A DNA stretch of 64,000 nucleotides. Source: Caldisericia bacterium. Its GTDB lineage: Bacteria; Caldisericota; Caldisericia; JAAYUI01. The position numbers and the translations under genes are program-made. Numbering within the stretch: the first letter of the stretch is position 1; each line of letters begins with the position of its first letter. The notes beneath the pieces are model-generated. The model saw only the letters and a list, made by a program, of their open reading frames with translations, did no database searches and was not told where the DNA came from. Of the stretch, positions 45,175 through 53,767 are shown piece by piece. The stretch covers positions 30,292 through 94,291 of the forward strand of contig JAGNLA010000003.1 of assembly GCA_017999835.1 (NCBI GenBank), read 5' to 3'.

Positions 45175-45835
45175 TATTATGGTTAAAATCAACAATCTTG
45201 AGAAAGATTTTACAAGAGGATCAGAAGTAATCAGGGCAGTTAACGGCGTTAGCTTTGAGATTCCGAAAGGACAGCTTGTTGCCGTGACCGGGCCATCAGG
45301 AGCAGGGAAAACAACACTCTTGTCATGTATAGGACTACTTGAGAGACCAACAGGTGGCACTCTTGAGATAAATGGAAAATTGATAAAAGGCATATCAGAA
45401 ACGGGTATGACAGTGCTCAGACGTCAGTTGATGGGGTTTGTATTCCAAAGATTTTTCCTCATTCCAACGATCTCTGCACTCGACAATGTTATGCTCCCGC
45501 TGACGTTTGCCGGCAAGAGCAAACCAAGGAACCAGGTTATCGAGCTGATGGAAAAGCTTGGTGTCGGTGACAGAATCAATCACAAGCCTGGGCAGATTTC
45601 TGGTGGCCAGATGCAAAGAGTGGCTATTGCCAGGGCGCTAGTGCTTGACCCTCCTGTTATAATTGCTGATGAACCTACCGGGAACCTGGACTCTTCAAAT
45701 GCAAATCTGATGTTTGAGATATTTAGGAAGCTTTCATCCGAGGGCAAGACAATTCTTGTCGCAACACACTCGGAGAGCTTGGCAAAATCTTGTGATAGAA
45801 TAATTCGTATGGTAGACGGAAAGGTGGTTGCATAA
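45167..45835 (+). CDS. ABC transporter ATP-binding protein (MacB/LolD-type)
   Basis: Walker A GPSGAGKTTL, ABC signature LSGGQMQRVAIARAL, Walker B VIIADEPTGNLD, H-loop ATHS. Start MSDIM overlaps the permease stop by 8 nt. Confidence 0.85.
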   Translation: MSDIMVKINNLEKDFTRGSEVIRAVNGVSFEIPKGQLVAVTGPSGAGKTTLLSCIGLLERPTGGTLEINGKLIKGISETGMTVLRRQLMGFVFQRFFLIPTISALDNVMLPLTFAGKSKPRNQVIELMEKLGVGDRINHKPGQISGGQMQRVAIARALVLDPPVIIADEPTGNLDSSNANLMFEIFRKLSSEGKTILVATHSESLAKSCDRIIRMVDGKVVA

Positions 45836-45838
45836 AAA

Positions 45839-46246
45839 ATGAAAACAATCAGAACAATTATGGCAGTCGTGTTAGCAGTCGTGGCCGTTTCAACAATGGC
45901 CGCTTGCGGGTCAGATTCTGAACAAAAAGTGTTTGGCAGTGAAATTGACAAAACAAAATATACAAAAGCTACCGCCGACGGTATTCTTACAAGCCCAGAA
46001 GATGAATTTTACGATATGGATGTCTACATTGATGCAGTAATAACAAAAATCTGTCCGGCAGGATGCTGGTTTTACGTCAAGGATTACGGAACAGACACAA
46101 CAGTCGAGCTTTATATCGACAAATTCAAAGATCGTTTCCTTGTGCCACAGGGGTATGAAGGCAAGAGAATAACTCTCTATGGCCATGTCGAAGCCAATGC
46201 AAGACAGAACATCCTTGCTGCCCATAGAATGGAGATTGTGGAATAG
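45839..46246 (+). CDS. small OB-fold-like lipoprotein embedded in the ABC transporter operon (paralog of 21599..22003)
   Basis: Lipobox STMAAC. DVYIDAVITKICPAGCWFYVKDYGTDTTVELYID...GKRITLYGHVEAN...RMEIVE shares CPxGxWF...YG...IE with ORF 21599. Confidence 0.55.
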   Translation: MKTIRTIMAVVLAVVAVSTMAACGSDSEQKVFGSEIDKTKYTKATADGILTSPEDEFYDMDVYIDAVITKICPAGCWFYVKDYGTDTTVELYIDKFKDRFLVPQGYEGKRITLYGHVEANARQNILAAHRMEIVE

Positions 46247-46248
46247 CA

Positions 46249-47400
46249 ATGGGTTATTCAAAGTTGGTTTTTTCCAATATCAAAGCAAAGCCCTTACGCA
46301 CGATCCTGACGATATCGGTTGTGGCCATCTGTGTTACATTGCTTCTGACTTTGTTGGGCTTTTTTGCCGGGTACAACCATGCAATGGAAGGCGAATTGGC
46401 AAACCTGGGTGTCCATGTGATGGCTGTGCCAAAAGGATGTCCGTATTCTTCAACAACACTCATCCTTCACGGTGGCAAAATCCCCAATGAGATACCAGTC
46501 AAGGGACTGTCAGAAATCAGAGACACAAAAGGTGTTGACCAAGCCGAAGGTATTGTGATGGGCGAGCTTGAGAAGCTTGGCTCGAAATGGATCATATACG
46601 GTACAACCTCAGGTTACCCAGCGCTCAAGAGCGCCTGGAAGATGCAGGGTGTGTACCCAACAAGCGACAACCAGACCATGCTTGGTTCTCTGGTGGCATC
46701 TGCTTTTGAGAAAAAGATTGGCGATACGGTTACTATAAATAATGTAAATCTGACTGTTGTTGGTTTGCTTGAAACAACTGGCGGATCTGAGGACAACTTC
46801 ATTTTCATGTCCGACTCCGATGCCAGAACTATTCTTGGCGACAGAAAAGGATATTCAGCAGTGCTGGTGAAGGTTGACCAGAGTGACCCATCCTACATGT
46901 CATTGGTCTCTGATGCCATTGAAAAAGTGGTTGATGCACAACCGGTTTCGGTTAATCAGGTGGACAAGACAATTTCAGAATTGCTTGATTCGGCAAGAAC
47001 ACTCATGCTCTCAGTCACGTTTGTAGCAATCATCGCATCTGCCGTTGTTGTGTCGGGATCGTCAATCATCGGTGTCATTGAACGCACCAAACAAATAGGC
47101 ATGCTCAAGGCTATTGGTGCCACGCCAAGCCAGGTCAGCTGGGCAGTGTTGCTGGAGTCAACCTTGCTTACCTTATTTGGCGGGATAATAGGCATTGGCA
47201 TGGCATTCTTGATAAGAATACCTTTGTCAGATTTGCTTGGTACCCTTATCACGGCAGCGCCAAAAACAGAGCAGCTTGTTCAGCTGTCTTTGCCAACAGT
47301 TTTGATTGCTCTTGCCATATCGGTTGGAGTTGGGATTATTTCGGCTGTTGCGCCGTTAATTAGAATTGCCAACGTCCCGTCCCTGAAAATGGCTGGATGA
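46249..47400 (+). CDS. ABC transporter permease, FtsX/MacB-LolCE family (second copy)
   Basis: Same architecture as 44020..45174 (TM - periplasmic domain - 3 TM; conserved ...GMLKAIGAT...). The two permeases read collinearly (e.g. LAIPKGCPYEATGVLLAGG vs MAVPKGCPYSSTTLILHGG). Confidence 0.8.
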   Translation: MGYSKLVFSNIKAKPLRTILTISVVAICVTLLLTLLGFFAGYNHAMEGELANLGVHVMAVPKGCPYSSTTLILHGGKIPNEIPVKGLSEIRDTKGVDQAEGIVMGELEKLGSKWIIYGTTSGYPALKSAWKMQGVYPTSDNQTMLGSLVASAFEKKIGDTVTINNVNLTVVGLLETTGGSEDNFIFMSDSDARTILGDRKGYSAVLVKVDQSDPSYMSLVSDAIEKVVDAQPVSVNQVDKTISELLDSARTLMLSVTFVAIIASAVVVSGSSIIGVIERTKQIGMLKAIGATPSQVSWAVLLESTLLTLFGGIIGIGMAFLIRIPLSDLLGTLITAAPKTEQLVQLSLPTVLIALAISVGVGIISAVAPLIRIANVPSLKMAG

Positions 47401-47822
47401 AATACGAACTTGCAGCGACCACTTTTGTTTACAAGGGTGGTCACTTTGCCATTCATTGGCACCAAAAAGTTGGGAAATGGCTGCCGCCTGGTGGTCATGT
47501 TGAAGATGATGAACTGCCACATCACGCAGCCGTGCGCGAAGTGTTTGAGGAGCTTGGTGTGCCTTGCAAGCTTGCAATAGGCAATCAGCCTGACTTGGGC
47601 ATCGACACTGTCCCGCTACCAATCGCGATATTGGTTGAAGACATAGACCAATTCCATAAGCATGTAGACATGATCTACGTTGCCACAACCGAAAAAGAGA
47701 CAATAAATGAAGAATTTTCCTGGGTGACAGTCGATCAGGCGCAGGCGATGGGTGCGCCTGTTGATGTTGTCAGACTGGCAAAGATGGGGCTGGAGATAGT
47801 CAGCACAAGCGTTTTGCCTTAA
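47397..47822 (+). CDS. NUDIX hydrolase
   Basis: Nudix box PGGHVEDDELPHHAAVREVFEELGV (GX5EX7REUXEEXGU); 141 aa; ATGA overlap with the permease stop. Confidence 0.75.
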   Translation: MKYELAATTFVYKGGHFAIHWHQKVGKWLPPGGHVEDDELPHHAAVREVFEELGVPCKLAIGNQPDLGIDTVPLPIAILVEDIDQFHKHVDMIYVATTEKETINEEFSWVTVDQAQAMGAPVDVVRLAKMGLEIVSTSVLP

Positions 47823-48117
47823 TTGTTTGTATCAAGTGATTTATAGCAATGACAGGATGTTTAAGAATCATCCTTGGTCCTGAAAATTTCATCACTTCTT
47901 TCATCATGGTTCTCATCTCGGGCTTGAAACAATGTATTTTACAGACATTGCAGGGTATCTTGAGTTCTTTATTTGGGCAGAACTCCATCCTTTTTAGTGC
48001 ATAATTAAGAAGATCCTGACAATCCTGACAAAGCTCTTTTCTGCCGTGTTTTTTTGTACAATACAAATGAATCATTATTTTTATTGTTTTGCTCTCGGAA
48101 TTAGAGTTCATGGTCAA
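47800..48117 (-). CDS. YgbA-like (nitrous-oxide-stimulated promoter family) small Cys-rich protein
   Basis: IHLYCTKKHGRKELCQDCQDLLNYALKRMEFCPNKELKIPCNVCKIHCFKPEMRTMMKEVMKFSGPRMILKHP matches the YgbA pattern (C..C..LL.YA..R...CP......C..C..HCY.P.......VM..SGPRM). The call is from memory of the family. Confidence 0.55.
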   Translation of the reverse strand: MTMNSNSESKTIKIMIHLYCTKKHGRKELCQDCQDLLNYALKRMEFCPNKELKIPCNVCKIHCFKPEMRTMMKEVMKFSGPRMILKHPVIAINHLIQTIKAKRLC

Positions 48118-48222
48118 ATGATAGGTTTTGCAAAGAAGCTTTCAAGTATAAAGAAAACAGACAAATAGGATATTTCAAGACCCAAAATTGCCTGATTTCC
48201 AAATAGATTTCTGACTGGCAAA

Positions 48223-49089
48223 TCAAAGCAGGTATGCTGTTGCCATCAGCAATCCACCAACAACCAAAGCGACAATCGACATTGTCACTGATTTGATGTA
48301 ACTGGTTTCGGTTGAAGTTTTAAAAAACATAGCATGAATGGCCACAAACATTGGAATAATCGAAACTAAACCAAGCAAACCCAATATCGGCAAGTATCCA
48401 AGCGTTACCCCGACAACGAGAGTGAGGTAGGCCAACATTGCCATTGAAACTACAATTGTTTTATTGGTCGTCATCAAAATTGTACCTTTTTTTGTGTCCA
48501 CTTCTTTTACCTTAGCCGATTTGAAATGGGCGACAATGGCGACCCACAGACCGACCGGAATCGAGGCTGCAACGACCTCTGGCACAAACATTTTACCGCT
48601 CATCACAAGCATCATGCCTGACATTGCCAAAGGTCCAAAACCAAGAAAAGCCGATATTTCACGCAAACCTGTAAACGATACAGGTGTCAAAAGAGCTATC
48701 AACGCACCGCCGGCAAAAGCAAAAAGAGCAACCTGCCAACCTGAGTTGATTACAAAATAAAGCCCGATGATAGCGTCAATAGCAAGGCAAACCAGACCAG
48801 CAAAAAGTAATCCTTTTCCGGTCAACCAACCATCTGCAAAAAACGGCTTCCAGCCTGGGTATGTTTTCTGATTCGATTTTGAATTGGCAAAAAAGTAAAA
48901 AAGATAGTCCCCGGCAAGCTGGGCAATGAACATCCCGGCAAACATGAGCAGAAATTCAGGCCAACGCATGATTCCCATTGAAGAAAATATTGAGCCTGCA
49001 AGAATTGAAGGTATAACTGTTGCCGTAAACAACAAACACTTGATGGCAAGTTCGGTTGTACTGCGTTTGCCTATGTTTTCTCCTGGCAT
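48223..49089 (-). CDS. polytopic integral membrane protein (8-9 predicted TM); family unassigned, possibly a prenyltransferase/UbiA-like fold
   Basis: 288 aa, highly hydrophobic throughout. No clear NDxxD motif seen, so the family call is weak. Confidence 0.45.
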   Translation of the reverse strand: MPGENIGKRSTTELAIKCLLFTATVIPSILAGSIFSSMGIMRWPEFLLMFAGMFIAQLAGDYLFYFFANSKSNQKTYPGWKPFFADGWLTGKGLLFAGLVCLAIDAIIGLYFVINSGWQVALFAFAGGALIALLTPVSFTGLREISAFLGFGPLAMSGMMLVMSGKMFVPEVVAASIPVGLWVAIVAHFKSAKVKEVDTKKGTILMTTNKTIVVSMAMLAYLTLVVGVTLGYLPILGLLGLVSIIPMFVAIHAMFFKTSTETSYIKSVTMSIVALVVGGLLMATAYLL

Positions 49090-49253
49090 GTTTGTCCTTT
49101 TGGTATTCTGAATGAATTAAACAATTTTGCTTGCTTGAAAACAAAAACAAGAGTAATGAAAAAATAATACAAATTCAATGTTTTGTTCCATGATCCCTTT
49201 GGGAAATTTGTGGAAATGTTGACAAAACCTGAGATTGTCAATATTATCGGTTC

Positions 49254-50600
49254 ATGACTCAATTTTATGGGATACCAGAACTGCTAGAATCCGGTCTTGT
49301 CGTGCGTATTCCGACAACCGAGAACATAACGCTAACAAGGCGTGTTGAAAAAATTGTTGACTCGACTCAATTTCAGCGACTTAGAAAAGTCAAGCAGCTC
49401 TCATTGACGCATTTTGTCTATCCAGGAGCCACACATACCAGATTTGAACACAGTCTTGGTGTCTATCAGCTTATGCGGCGCTATCTCAACCATATGCTTG
49501 GATATCCGCTTTTTAGGGAAGTCGTCAAACCTGATCAGGTTTTGGCGGTAGTCCTTGCCGCGTTGCTTCACGATATTGGCCATTACCCTTTCTGCCATAT
49601 CGTTGAAGGGTTGATTCCAAACATGCCCAAGCACGAACTGCGTGGGCAGGAGATGGTAAACAACCTACTTATTTCCGGACTCATCGAGCATTTTGACGTT
49701 GACCCGATGTATGTCGGCAGGCTCATCTCAGGTGATGAAAGCGGCCTCTCGCAGTCAGACCTTGTTGCATTCAGGTTTCTAAGGGATCTTTTAGACTCAC
49801 CTATTGATGCTGACAAAATGGATTATCTTGAACGCGACAGCATCCATTGCGGTGTAACCTATGGTCACAGCTACGACAAAAACAGGCTCATCGGCTCTCT
49901 TACCTTGTCAGATGATTTCAGGCTGGCACTCACCGACAAGGGTAGGTCATCTGCCGAGTACGTCATCTTCTCAAGGTACGTAATGCTCACTGAGGTTTAC
50001 TGGCATCACACTGTCAGGTCGGCTTCAATAATGCTCATCCGTGCATTCCAGGAGGCAAGCAGTATCAACGGTTGGGATGATTTCTTGGGTAAGCTCATGA
50101 ATGACTGTGGCGATGACGATGCCTTGACCGAACTTGCCAAGTTGGTGGTTGATGACCCAGACATATCCGGTTTGGTCAGAGGACTGAGAACACGCGACCT
50201 TTACAAGCGTGTCAGAACTTATTCACCGCTTGACCCTGACTCAGCCGAGGTTTTTGAATCACTCAAAGGATTTGCCGGCCCTGAAGATGGTATCAAGCTC
50301 TCGCAGGTGCTTGAAAAGATGCTTGACCTTCCAAGGATGACAATTCTTGCCGACATCGTCCCGATCAAATCAAAATCAGCCGACATAAACGTTTACTACC
50401 CAAGGCGAAACCAGTATAGAAAACTTACACAGATTTCACCAGTTGCAAACGTCATTTCGGCTACCTGGGGTTCAATGACAGGCATTGTCAGGATTTACTG
50501 CCATCCAAAATATGAAGAAAAGTTGGCAGCAATTGGTAACCAGATAGACACCCTGGTCATTTCAGCTGCGAGCCAGATTAAGTGGAAAGTTGTAGCTTAA
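49254..50600 (+). CDS. HD-domain dNTP triphosphohydrolase-like protein (SAMHD1/EF1143-type)
   Basis: H...HD metal motif (FEHSLGVYQLM...ALLHDIGHYPFCH) and DADKMDYLERDSIHCGV; 448 aa, consistent with the bacterial dNTPase family. Confidence 0.7.
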   Translation: MTQFYGIPELLESGLVVRIPTTENITLTRRVEKIVDSTQFQRLRKVKQLSLTHFVYPGATHTRFEHSLGVYQLMRRYLNHMLGYPLFREVVKPDQVLAVVLAALLHDIGHYPFCHIVEGLIPNMPKHELRGQEMVNNLLISGLIEHFDVDPMYVGRLISGDESGLSQSDLVAFRFLRDLLDSPIDADKMDYLERDSIHCGVTYGHSYDKNRLIGSLTLSDDFRLALTDKGRSSAEYVIFSRYVMLTEVYWHHTVRSASIMLIRAFQEASSINGWDDFLGKLMNDCGDDDALTELAKLVVDDPDISGLVRGLRTRDLYKRVRTYSPLDPDSAEVFESLKGFAGPEDGIKLSQVLEKMLDLPRMTILADIVPIKSKSADINVYYPRRNQYRKLTQISPVANVISATWGSMTGIVRIYCHPKYEEKLAAIGNQIDTLVISAASQIKWKVVA

Positions 50601-50923
50601 GGTTTCTCGTCTGGCGCAGTATTGAAATAAATCTTGTTTCCGTCAGGATCTGTTATCCATGCGCCTATGCTGCCGTCACTTTCAGTCTCTGATATGATAC
50701 CAAGTTCCTCTGCAATTTGGGCTACATCTCCTCCACGAAAATTCAAAATGTTACAGTCAATGTCATCATTGTAGAGGCTAATGACGCAATTGCCATTTGA
50801 GAGCGTTGAATAACCTGATTCTTTCCAACTAATCGTTTGAGTAAAACCAAGTTTCCTGTAAAACTCAACCGATTTTGCAAAATCCCTGACCTTCAGACAG
50901 AGTTCAAACCTACCCGGGTTCAT
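50597..50923 (-). CDS. VOC/glyoxalase-like domain protein (start uncertain: ORF track 50977; internal ATG 50923 preferred)
   Basis: MNPGRFELCLKVRDFAKSVEFYRKLGFT... has a glyoxalase/bleomycin-resistance beta-alpha-beta-beta-beta signature, ~108-126 aa. Confidence 0.55.
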   Translation of the reverse strand: MNPGRFELCLKVRDFAKSVEFYRKLGFTQTISWKESGYSTLSNGNCVISLYNDDIDCNILNFRGGDVAQIAEELGIISETESDGSIGAWITDPDGNKIYFNTAPDEKP

Positions 50924-51356
50924 CGGTTTTTGGCTGAGTTGTGTATAGTTCGACCGTGTTTCCCATCGGGTCGGCAACGGTGAAACCCCAGTACGAATCC
51001 TGACGCCATTCTGGCACTTCGGAAAAAGTTTTCAATTTTGCATGTTTGCACTTTTGAACAACCGATTCAAAGCATGAGTTGTCTATAAAAACTGACCATG
51101 ACGGAAGGTAGCCTGTTCCGCCTGGGTAACCCGGTTGACCTTGCCACTCTTTGATGACCGGTATTGGTTTGTCGGTTTTAAAGATCATGAATTCAAAGCC
51201 GCCCATGTTGTAGTTTATCCAGCCAAAATCTGGATCGATGACACATGATAGTTCTGGCAGACCAAGGATTCCTGTGTAAAAATCCCTCATTTTTTCAAGA
51301 TCATTTGCGTATATGTAAAAAAATTTGATTGCTGGTTTTCCCTGTTGTTGATTCAT
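50910..51356 (-). CDS. VOC/glyoxalase-like domain protein
   Basis: KFFYIYANDLEKMRDFYTGILGLPE... FGWINYNMGGFEFMIF; 148 aa. Confidence 0.6.
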   Translation of the reverse strand: MNQQQGKPAIKFFYIYANDLEKMRDFYTGILGLPELSCVIDPDFGWINYNMGGFEFMIFKTDKPIPVIKEWQGQPGYPGGTGYLPSWSVFIDNSCFESVVQKCKHAKLKTFSEVPEWRQDSYWGFTVADPMGNTVELYTTQPKTDEPG

Positions 51357-51700
51357 TATCCCTCCAAGGTATTATCGATATCCTTCCAGCTCCACCATTT
51401 CAGCTTTTCTGGATTTGGGTTTTTGGTTGATGCAAAATAGACGGCGCATCGGAAAACGTAGAGTACGCATCTGTCCTGATAACCGTTGAGGTTACACAGG
51501 TTCTCATACATCTGCTGCGGGTTTGCATTCTTCAGGCTTTCAACAGTGTAAAATCCTAGTTGTTCCAAGTCTTTGGCAATTGACTTCCCCACGCCTGGGA
51601 TAGCAAGAAGCCCATTTTCTCTTGATAATTTAAGGCTTGCAGATGTCACAACGGCTGTAGCCTTTCTTTCTGGCGTCTTCTTTTGAGTTGAGTTTGACAA
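51356..51700 (-). CDS. helix-hairpin-helix domain protein (start uncertain)
   Basis: GLLAIPGVGKSIAKDLEQLGFYTVESL is an HhH motif. 114 aa as called, but the first 70 nt overlap the upstream ORF, so the true start is probably internal. Confidence 0.45.
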   Translation of the reverse strand: MSNSTQKKTPERKATAVVTSASLKLSRENGLLAIPGVGKSIAKDLEQLGFYTVESLKNANPQQMYENLCNLNGYQDRCVLYVFRCAVYFASTKNPNPEKLKWWSWKDIDNTLEG

Positions 51701-52049
51701 TGTTGTCCGGGTTCATTTTGTCGGCTGCTGGGCAGGAGCCATCGGTTACATGGTAAACCATGGTGTCGGAATTGCCAACGAATTTGTAGTTTTTAAACAG
51801 TTTGCTCGAGCCTGCGTGGTCGTCAAAGGTGTTGTCATTGTTTTTGTTTGGCTTGGCGTCGAGAGGTTTCTTTTCAGCTTGTGAGACAACTGATTTTGAA
51901 TTATTCTGGCTTGTGTTGTTCGACTGGTCGGTTCTGCAGCTGAACAGGAGAATTACTATTACGACAGCGACAACTGCGAGAAGAACAACTGCAAAGTTGA
52001 TTTTTACGCCTCTTCTTTTCAGAACGTCAAATGTGTTCAATCTCCACAC
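51630..52049 (-). CDS. membrane-anchored protein with a C-terminal Ada-like zinc-binding domain
   Basis: TM FAVVLLAVVAVVIVILLF, then a low-complexity linker. YHVTDGSCPAADKMNPDNIVKLNSKEDARKKGYSRCDICKP matches the Ada N-terminal metal-binding consensus (C..A......N.v.F.s..eA...GyRPC..C.P). Confidence 0.5.
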   Translation of the reverse strand: MWRLNTFDVLKRRGVKINFAVVLLAVVAVVIVILLFSCRTDQSNNTSQNNSKSVVSQAEKKPLDAKPNKNNDNTFDDHAGSSKLFKNYKFVGNSDTMVYHVTDGSCPAADKMNPDNIVKLNSKEDARKKGYSRCDICKP

Positions 52050-52160
52050 TCCTCTCGTCTTTTGACAACAATTATCGGTAATGGTTGCTTTTTTGCAAGC
52101 TTCAAGTTTTTTATTTGTACTATTGCTCGACTAAGCCGTGACTGAATAGATTTTGTAGGA

Positions 52161-52946
52161 TTATAGAGGTTTCCTGATTCTGACATGTAAAAAGAATGCC
52201 ATCAAAGCTGCAGCCTTTAGCTGTGGATATTCTTTGACGATTTCTGGGCTTGGGCGTGGTTCACCCATTCTCTCGATGACAAACCCTGTTTCTACGAGGG
52301 AATTTATCCACTGGGCAAGAGTCAGCCTGACACATGGAATTTTGAAAACTGGCAGAACCTGCCTTATCTCCTCTGATGCTGAGCCGAACATCCACTCATC
52401 AATTGCCGGCTCTGCGTTGTAGTAACCGCCGACAGTCAAGCCAATAACGTTGTAGTTTTCGTCAAAAGCCACGCGTCGGTATTGCATGTCGGTGTTTGGG
52501 TGGCAGATGTTGAACTGAAAAAATCTGCCTGGCTTTATCACTCTGAACGCTTCTTTTATGGCAGCCACTGGATCGGTCATGTCCATCAACGACATGATTG
52601 CAGTTGCAAAATCAAAGTAATTGTCTTCAAATGGGGTTTTGGTGGCATTGCAGTTCAAATAGGTTATGTCTTTTGAAGCATCTTTAGCAGTCTCAAGGAA
52701 AGCTTCGCAGATGTCGATGCCGGTCATTTTCGCGCCAAGATCTGCAAGTTTTCTGGTTTGATAACCGTTGCCACAACCGATGTCTAGCCCTGTTTTGCCT
52801 GCAATGTCTGGCAAAAGTTCAAAAAACATTGGTGAATTGAACAAGTCGCGGCATATGTCGCAACCGGCATCGGACAGTTGCGTCCAAACTTTTGCGTTTT
52901 CATTCCAGCATTTTTTGACCAGGTTGTCATCAAAGTTGTCTATCAT
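52161..52946 (-). CDS. class I SAM-dependent methyltransferase (tandem paralog B)
   Basis: Motif I LDIGCGNGYQT; 261 aa; ~45-50% identical to the upstream paralog over the full length. Confidence 0.8.
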   Translation of the reverse strand: MIDNFDDNLVKKCWNENAKVWTQLSDAGCDICRDLFNSPMFFELLPDIAGKTGLDIGCGNGYQTRKLADLGAKMTGIDICEAFLETAKDASKDITYLNCNATKTPFEDNYFDFATAIMSLMDMTDPVAAIKEAFRVIKPGRFFQFNICHPNTDMQYRRVAFDENYNVIGLTVGGYYNAEPAIDEWMFGSASEEIRQVLPVFKIPCVRLTLAQWINSLVETGFVIERMGEPRPSPEIVKEYPQLKAAALMAFFLHVRIRKPL

Positions 52947-53728
52947 GCTGGTTTTCTCACCCGCACATGAAGGAAATATCCAAGGATTCTGGTGTCACGG
53001 ACTGCAGGGCAGGCTGCAATTTCTTCATCGGTGGCATATGGTTCGTCGAACTTTTCGATGACAAATCCAGTTCCAAGCATCAAATTCACCCATTGTGAGA
53101 GGGTGCGGTGTTTGGCTGGAATCTGGAATTTTTCCATGTTGGCCTTCATTTCCACAGGGGCGTTTGAAAAGCACCATTCATACATGGTTACCGTATCGTC
53201 GAAGTAGCCGCCGACCGTGTAGCCAATCTCTTCGCCGTTTTCGTCGGTTACTTTCTTTCGCAAAGGCAGGTCGTAGCATGGGTGGCAGATGTTGAACTGG
53301 AGGAAACCGCCAGGTTTTAGAACCCTGAAAATCTCCCTGAATGCGCCTTCAAGGTCTGCCATGTCCATCAACGTCATGAAAGCCGTGACAAAATCAAAGG
53401 TTTTGTCCGGAAAAGGGATGCTTTGAGCCGGCGAGGAAAAAAACTCGATGCCTTTTGGGTCAGCTTTTTCCATTTCCCTTGCGTGTTTTATGAATGTCTC
53501 GGAGATGTCGATTGCCTTCAACGAAGCGCCAAGTTCGGCAACCCTTCGGGTGTTGGTGCCTTCACCGCAGCCAACGTCCAGCCCCAGCTTGCCTTTCACG
53601 TCAGGCAGCATCTTTAGAAAATGTGGCGTGTTCATGAAATCGCGGTAGACATCAAAACCAGCCCTTGAAAGTTTGGTCCAGTTGTCAGCGTTTTTCTCCC
53701 AGCAACTTTTGACAAGTTTTTCGTCCAT
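52943..53728 (-). CDS. class I SAM-dependent methyltransferase (tandem paralog A)
   Basis: Motif I LDVGCGEGTNT; 261 aa; 4-nt overlap with paralog B. Confidence 0.8.
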   Translation of the reverse strand: MDEKLVKSCWEKNADNWTKLSRAGFDVYRDFMNTPHFLKMLPDVKGKLGLDVGCGEGTNTRRVAELGASLKAIDISETFIKHAREMEKADPKGIEFFSSPAQSIPFPDKTFDFVTAFMTLMDMADLEGAFREIFRVLKPGGFLQFNICHPCYDLPLRKKVTDENGEEIGYTVGGYFDDTVTMYEWCFSNAPVEMKANMEKFQIPAKHRTLSQWVNLMLGTGFVIEKFDEPYATDEEIAACPAVRDTRILGYFLHVRVRKPA

Positions 53729-53767
53729 GAGTATAATATTATCAAACTATTTGGAGGAATTGGGAAA

